A stretch of 57,486 nt of DNA, filler included, from Sphacelaria rigidula (Eukaryota), in assembly GCA_964200075.2 (NCBI GenBank). It is 6 parts of 6 records of this genome, joined end to end, with 100 filler letters (N's around TTAATTAATTAA, not from the genome) between each part and the next. Parts side by side here need not be neighbours in the genome. Positions count along the whole stretch, not along the records: positions 47,991 to 57,486 come from CAXNAA020008356.1; 5 more parts are not named here. One strand, written 5' to 3'. Shown piece by piece: positions 50,901 to 57,486 of the stretch; position 1 is the first letter of the stretch, and every line of letters starts with the position of its first letter. The notes beneath the pieces were generated by a model. The model saw only the letters and a list, made by a program, of their open reading frames with translations. It searched no databases and had not been told where the DNA came from. The position numbers were made by a program, and so were the translations under genes.

Positions 50901-53900
50901 ATGTCCGACATCGCACGCACGACGGGTTCACCTGCCCAAGATCTATTCACGGACGATGACACCCCGGGGGAGAACCAAAATGCCAGGTCTGGTAGTATGG
51001 ACGACAACGATCAGGACCTAGGCATAGATGATTACGTAGGCGGTCGTACTCCCTTCGAGACACCGGATGTCGATGCGGGAATTGCCCCTCCTCTGGCTAC
51101 CGTGACCACTGACAACGGTGTCACGCCTCATCCGTCATACACTCTGGACGTTGACCAACCGTCGGAATCTTACTCGACGCTACCTGCTTTACAGTCAAAC
51201 CCTGAACCGGACACTACACCACCGGCGACAGCTGATGGTGTTTCGAACAAACACACCACCACGACGCGCCCCCCCAAAAACGTGAGGGACAAACCCAAAA
51301 CCCAATTCCAGCACTCTCGGCCTGAGGCCATCCCATCTCATTTGTGGGAACAGTGGACGCCTTCGGAACAGGCAGAATACTGGGATGCCCTCTTTTTACA
51401 GGCCAATAAGGCCAAGGCAAAACGCGATAGGCGCCAACAATTTGATCGCAACCAACTCCTGATACGTACTCAACGTCATGTGGACCACCAGAGACAGGCT
51501 CTTGCTCTGAAACAGAGCAAACAGACCAAAGTGCTGCGCCAATCAGCAAAAGCTGTTCGGACTGCACAGTTACAGCTGGAGGAAGCCCAGCGAACTCACA
51601 GTTTGCACTCTGAAGAAGCAACAGTCCGTCTCTCTGTGTCACAGTCCGGTATGGACGAACAACTCAGACGCCTCCGTCTTCTGCATGTCGACCCCTCCTC
51701 ACCCTCAGATGAACCGAAAACTTCATCCAAGGTCACTCAGATCGCCAACCCAGTCTTCAAGATTGAATGACGTACAGACTCCCCTCTCCACACGGGACTA
51801 CCTCGCCCCCCACACAGCAGGTTCTTACATCGGTCCCAACACATGACCGTCCTATCTCCTCGTATCAGCCTGCAGGCGCCCGTCAACAACCCCCCCCTCC
51901 CTCAACCTCTCCCCGACGCACCAACATCGTTCCCCACGCTAACCCATCGTACGCGATGGCGGCAAAGGGCGCGACTCATGTAGGACCGTCCCCTACACCA
52001 TTACGCTTGCAGGACCCAGGTCTATCTACACTAGATTTGTTCGGTATCGTACACTTGTCGACTATCCCTCTCGCATCTTTTGTCGACGAACCAGCTGACT
52101 TGGTGCGTTACACATTTCAGGCGCATCACCTAGCAGACCCGATTTGTGACAAGGCCAATAGCCTGCTTGCCTGGTTCGCCAACAACTGCGAGACTGTCAC
52201 ACTTGCGGGAGTGGTGAGATGTGTGCGATCTCAGCCCCACCCCGACCACACCACCACGCAGATCCAACGTGAGTATGTCGAGCCCCTCATCACCATTCCG
52301 TGACGTCGAGGAAATTCGCAAAACGTTTTTTTCTCAGCCACCCCAAAACAACTTCGACCACACAAGCGGCACATGGGATCAGAACATTGGGGATGATGGG
52401 CAACGAATTGCACAACACCATCTGCGCGTTGACGCAGAATGGCAGACTGCGGGCAATAAGACAGGTACAGTACAGATAGCAGTGGTAGCGTTCAAACGAA
52501 ACATACGCGGATCAGGAAACAATCCGCGCGCTTCAAATCCCACGCGTCGAGTACCGACGACAGTGATACAGACAGCCACGGTTCGCCCCGCTACAATGAC
52601 CAGATCCGCTCTAACCGACCGTCTGCACACACACTCTCCGACTTTTTACGTCTGTCTTCCACCACTGCCAAGCAACGTCACTCCTTCTTGACAGAGAAAG
52701 AGGAAGGTAAGCCGGCCAAAACCGAAAAGAAACGGTTTTGGGGGAAGTAAAAAAGGAGAGTGATCTATCCAACACAGTGACTGGTGCACAGACTCAATCT
52801 CCACCACCCCACACAACCCGCAGCGACGCCCCCAGCATCCGACGAGCTTATTTGGAACTCAACAGCAAGAGTGTAGGTAAGGTCAAACCCCGGTTGCCTT
52901 TCATTGCAGGATCCAACGCAAGTCTCAACTGCAGTCAGTTAAGGTCATTGCTCAAGAATGTATTGAGCGATATTCTCGCCATTTGCGACCCAAATTTCGT
53001 CAGTCTCGAAAGCAGCGAGTGGGTCCGTGGGTGGAGCAGCCCGTTGCATCGGGCACTAGAACAGGCGATTGACCTCAACTCCTTGCAATCCTCCAAAATT
53101 ACTGCAATGTGCGACGCTCACTTCGACCAAGTGTCGCGGGCCCTCAACAAGGGCGCCAGTGGAAACGAGGCGTTCACACTTTTGTTACGGTTGCTTAGCT
53201 CGTCGCTTGACACCAGCTACGAAGGGGAATCTGTGGAGAGATTACTCACCTTCAAGGTCCCCGTGAACACTCCCTTCGATCAATACTTGAAGGACTTTCG
53301 CACTTTAATTTCGGTCACCGTGGATGGTGGGCGTGAACTAGCCCCTACCAACGAGATGGTAATGTCTCTCTTTCGTTCCAGTATGGGGCGACAATACCCC
53401 AGTGTAATGCCGAGTGTTTTTGTGGGTGATGCAGCTACGGCAGAAGTACCATTCGCAAATCTCGACGAAATGTGGAGTCGACTCGATGGGTCGCGTACGA
53501 ATCGAACACAGGCTGTCGAGTCGACAGGAGTAGGACAGGCCGGCACCACTTCGACATTTAGCCAACACGGTACTCAGATAATGTTTCAGGAACCTCTCCT
53601 CACTCCAGTTGCTCCTGCGTCATAGCCGCAGTCCGGCAGGAAATCGAGTCAGCCGGCGTGGATACCTGACTCAATGACTTCTGCAGGGGAAGTCATGATG
53701 ACCGCCCAGGTTCAGGTCCCAGATGCATTTGCTAGGCGATTTTCAAGCTGGCCCTTCGCCAACGAAATTTGGCCGGAGGTGTTCAACGTGAGCACCTCCA
53801 TGAACAACCATGACCCCCCCCCACTGGGCCCGCGACGTTGAACCCAACATCCGTAATGAGCTTATCCGTGAGTGTAAGGACAAATACCTCAATTGCGGAA

Positions 53901-54367
53901 TATGGTTCGATGGACAAACTGGGTACTCCGCCGACGGCAGAGTTCCCATCCACTCCATGCGCACCTGTGAGGCACCGTTTGTGAACGCATTCGGCATATT
54001 GAATAACCTATTCCACGATCCGCAATATGCATCGTGCTGGCCAACTTGGCAAGCACGTACGCGTTCTTACCGCCGCCCTCAATCCGTCGACACGCGTGGC
54101 CAAAACAACCGCCCTAGACGGGGTCATCGCGTTTATGATAACGATTCCCGCTACCAAAACCCGCAGTACGAAACAACGCACTGCCAGACGCGGCCCGATG
54201 ACTCGGCGCCACGTCTAACATAGTCTGACCCGGCAAACTCTCACCCGCAGAACCAGGTACAATCACAAGACGGAAGACGACCACTGATGATTGCACCTAG
54301 CCCTACGGGTCCCCCACGCCAGGAAGACGCCCAACAACCCACCCGTGAAGCTCATCGCACAGCTTGA
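50901..54367 (+). pseudogene. gag: Disrupted gag-like region of Ty3/gypsy retrotransposon
   Basis: Consecutive ORF pieces (50901-51770, 51767-52303, 52221-52691, 52738-53625, 53810-54223) in shifting frames. Contains a capsid-like helical region (PFDQYLKDFRTLIS) and a degenerate knuckle YLNCG...HSMRTC upstream of pol. Confidence 0.7.
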
Positions 54368-54670
54368 CCGTTTTCTGGGAAGGTTTACCAAGCCCCCGCG
54401 TTTCTGAGCAGCTATCAGTGGGGTAACACAGGACGTGTGGCTGATCCAAAAATCTGGGCGCCACCGCCTGCCCGTTCATTTTATACTTCTGACGACCGTT
54501 TGTTCCCCAATCGTTGGCACAACCCCACAACTAGGAATCAACGTTCGCCAGTATATCACCGCAGAAGTATCCAACAATTTTCTTTCGCTCGGCCAAGTCA
54601 CACACATCACACACGTGAATCAACGGTGGCCACCGCGGGTTCAACCATGTGGTGTGGATTCCCTGGGTAA

Positions 54671-57486
54671 GCTGACACTGCTTTGAAGGGTTCCAAGACA
54701 GTCGAAGCCCGTGCACCGTTGTATGGCTATCAATTGAGCAGTGACCAACCCCCACGTTTGAACCCTGGATTTAATCACCCGGTTTTACGTTCATTAGGTA
54801 CTATTAATAATCATGTTCAATCGAATCCCCTCCCTTCAAAGGAGAAGAAGTCATGTAGTGCAGTTTCTCACGCATCAGGATCCGAAATATCTTCTGGTAC
54901 GATAGACACTGCTGCTCCGACCGTTCATCGGAGAACACAAAATTTGAAGCCTCACACTCGAGCACCCCCCAACTGCTCAAGTGCCCGGCTAACCACCCTA
55001 CCGAGTTCCGCAAAACCTACGGTACCCGGTTTCCTTTTATTTGATGAGCCTAATTATTCCTTGAAGGGCCGCAGCCGGAAAGAACCCATGCTTTCCGTCG
55101 CTCAGCGGGTTGGAATGGAACCCCAAGTGACAGCGACTCAGGTGGTGCGCCAAGAGCGTGACCTAAGTTCGACTGTCCAAGAACTCATTTCAATAGCCCC
55201 TGGAGCCGCCGATCCTTCCGTGCGCTACACGCGCCACCAGTGGCGGGCCACTCCAGATGATCATGTAGATAACCCTGATGTAGCAAGCGCACGTGAACTC
55301 CACGGAGGAGATTGCGTGTGGGCTCAGACAGATGAAAATCGTACAGTGGAACAGGCCGGTACTCCCCAGATTTCGAACAGATCGTTACTGCTCCCTGACC
55401 ACCCCGTGTGTACTACGTTAGAACCCCTTTCCGATGAAGCGTTGCCGTCTGTGGGGACAGAAACTTCGCCGACTCATGGACGTTCGCATCCTAGTCATGA
55501 AGACACCCCAATCGTGTGTTCGTCACCAGGCAAACAAAGTGTCACGCAAGACGAATCGTCTCCTAACTCGCCCACGTTGGCCCCTTTAATAGACGCCGGG
55601 TTGAACAGTCCAGCTTTACCAACCCCGCGTCCTGACGAATCGTCTCCAAAGCCTCCCATGTTGGCCCTAACGAGTGCTGATATTGAGTTGATTGGCGTAT
55701 CGAACTCAACTCCGCGCCCTGATCAATCGTCCCATGTTCCGACCAAGCTGGATAATGTAATTGATCCCGTTTTTCACGTTGACGATTCGCCCCCTCTGTT
55801 GGCCAATAAGGGTGAAACACCACGCACAGATCAGTTGTCGGGTCCAACCACGACAACTGCCCTTCCCCGGCATCGCCCCTCCGTTGCAGTATATGAAATT
55901 CAACCCTCGACTGATGAGACGAATATTCCAGGCACAAACACTGACACGCCATGCACGCACCATCCTTCCGACCGAAAGCTCGTCCCACAGGATCATAAAC
56001 GGGTGTATTTTAGCACCTTTGTTCAAAACGCGAAGCAGGATGTGTCAGATGTCATACCCGAATTCGGGCCCGATCTCGTCAGTGGTATTGCAAATATGGA
56101 TGATGCTTCTTTTACGACGAAGATAGGTTTACATAGTGGAGCGTGTCCAAGATATCATTTGATAGCTCTTGCACTACCAGACTCTGGTTCACCTCAAACG
56201 TTCATCACTGCCAGCTGCTGGCAACAGATGATCAACGCAGGCACGGCGGACAAGCATTGTCTGTCCGCCGTGCACCCTCGTGTGTTTGGTGGGTTTGGTT
56301 CCTCCACATCTCTTACGGTCAATCAATCGGTGAGACTAAGTGCACAATTTTACCAGGATACTACTCCCACTACTCGGTTGTCCGTATGGGCACTAATAGT
56401 GCCCGATGGTTCCATGTCTTTTGATGTTTTATTGGGTCGAGATAGTTGGCTTCGTTTTTCCACACACACGTATACGACGGACACACCTGTCCCGAACCGT
56501 CCAGTAACAGGCAAACTGCCTCTGGGTCACTTCGACACTGATTCGGGAGCTCATGCTTATGAGAGTGATCCCAAGAAAACAGGTGATGCTTTCCGTCTGT
56601 ACTATGTTGGTGAAACGGTTATTTCGCTTTCTTGTGAACCCCAACTAATACAAGTGAACCTCGTGAGACGCAATGGATCGCCCGCCCTCACAGGACATTA
56701 TTTGGTCGAGTTGCTCAAACCTGACCAAACACAGGTTGGCCCGTTTGAACAGACCGAAGTCTTTGTCCACGAAGATAGGCAGGCCATTTACCTCACGTCC
56801 TCTGCATGTGTCGATATACTCAACGTTCAGTTGTTGGGTTATGCTCAAGCGCCTCTCATACGAACCGCCATGTCAGATGTGTGCCCCCCGGCAAACAATA
56901 ACTCCCCGACCGACCCCCCGAAATCCACGGCCCCCCCTCCGATACACATGTCTGACTTCATGGTGGTGACAAATCCACCGGATGCGCCTGACCCTCAACC
57001 CTTAACTGCATTACTGGATAGATTTTCTCCAGAACAACGCGCCAGTTTTCAGAAGTTGTGGGATGACATTCCCCATCACTTACGGCATATTGTGTTTGAT
57101 CTATCAGGCGATGGTTGGACACCCACTGTATTCGATAGATTGAGATCCATCTTGATTAGATGCTCTGAACGGTTTTCTACTGCACCCTTGGATTTAGGTC
57201 GATGTACCACGACACCGTTTAAGATCAAGATTCCTGATGGCACTCCTCTTATCGCTATGCGTCCGTACCGTACGAACCCCCTTTTAGCGGATAAGGTCCA
57301 GGTAATTCTCGATGGTTACTTATCTGCCGGTTTGATTCGGCACTCGACGTCTCCGTGGACCTCGCCTTTAGTAGTCGTCCGTAAGAAGATTGGCAAATTC
57401 AGACTGACGGTCAATTATCAACGACTGAACGCTGTCACCAAAATCGCCCGGTTGCCACTTCCGCGGATTGATGAAATTATTGACTC
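54671..57486 (+). CDS. pol: Ty3/gypsy pol polyprotein (aspartic protease + RT N-terminus), runs off the window; absent from ORF track
   Basis: I read this frame stop-free for 938 codons. Protease DSGS at 56180 and DVLLGRD at 56423. RT motifs RPYR, SPWTSPLVVV, RLTVNYQRLN and LPRIDEII. PR followed by RT is the gypsy domain order. Confidence 0.95.

Overview
Eukaryotic nuclear DNA, most likely a brown alga or related photosynthetic stramenopile. This is inferred from multi-kb GT-AG introns with C/A-rich acceptors, a nuclear IspE gene and the type of gypsy gag. The window is not one locus. It is six scaffolds (9499, 9499, 9499, 9497, 9496 and 9496 bp, in non-increasing length order) joined by an artificial 100-bp N44-TTAATTAATTAA-N44 linker. 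Scaffold 1 carries five phase-compatible exons (the 3' part) of a PP2C phosphatase, a 267-bp foldback and an intronic 261-codon orphan ORF. Scaffold 2 carries two IspE exons separated by an intron holding a 2-kb TIR transposon, plus a ~180-bp satellite. Scaffolds 3 and 5 are mostly nested repeats, including a second TIR-element copy and its empty insertion sites. Scaffold 4 has a PPR-protein exon and an interrupted ~42-bp minisatellite. Scaffold 6 holds the 5' part of a large Ty3/gypsy element with a broken gag and an open 938-codon pol frame (protease plus start of RT) that the ORF track missed. A tRNA-derived SINE and a (TCAA)n-tailed non-LTR 3' end recur across scaffolds. I found no CRISPR array, rRNA or complete tRNA, and no convincing new multi-gene system.
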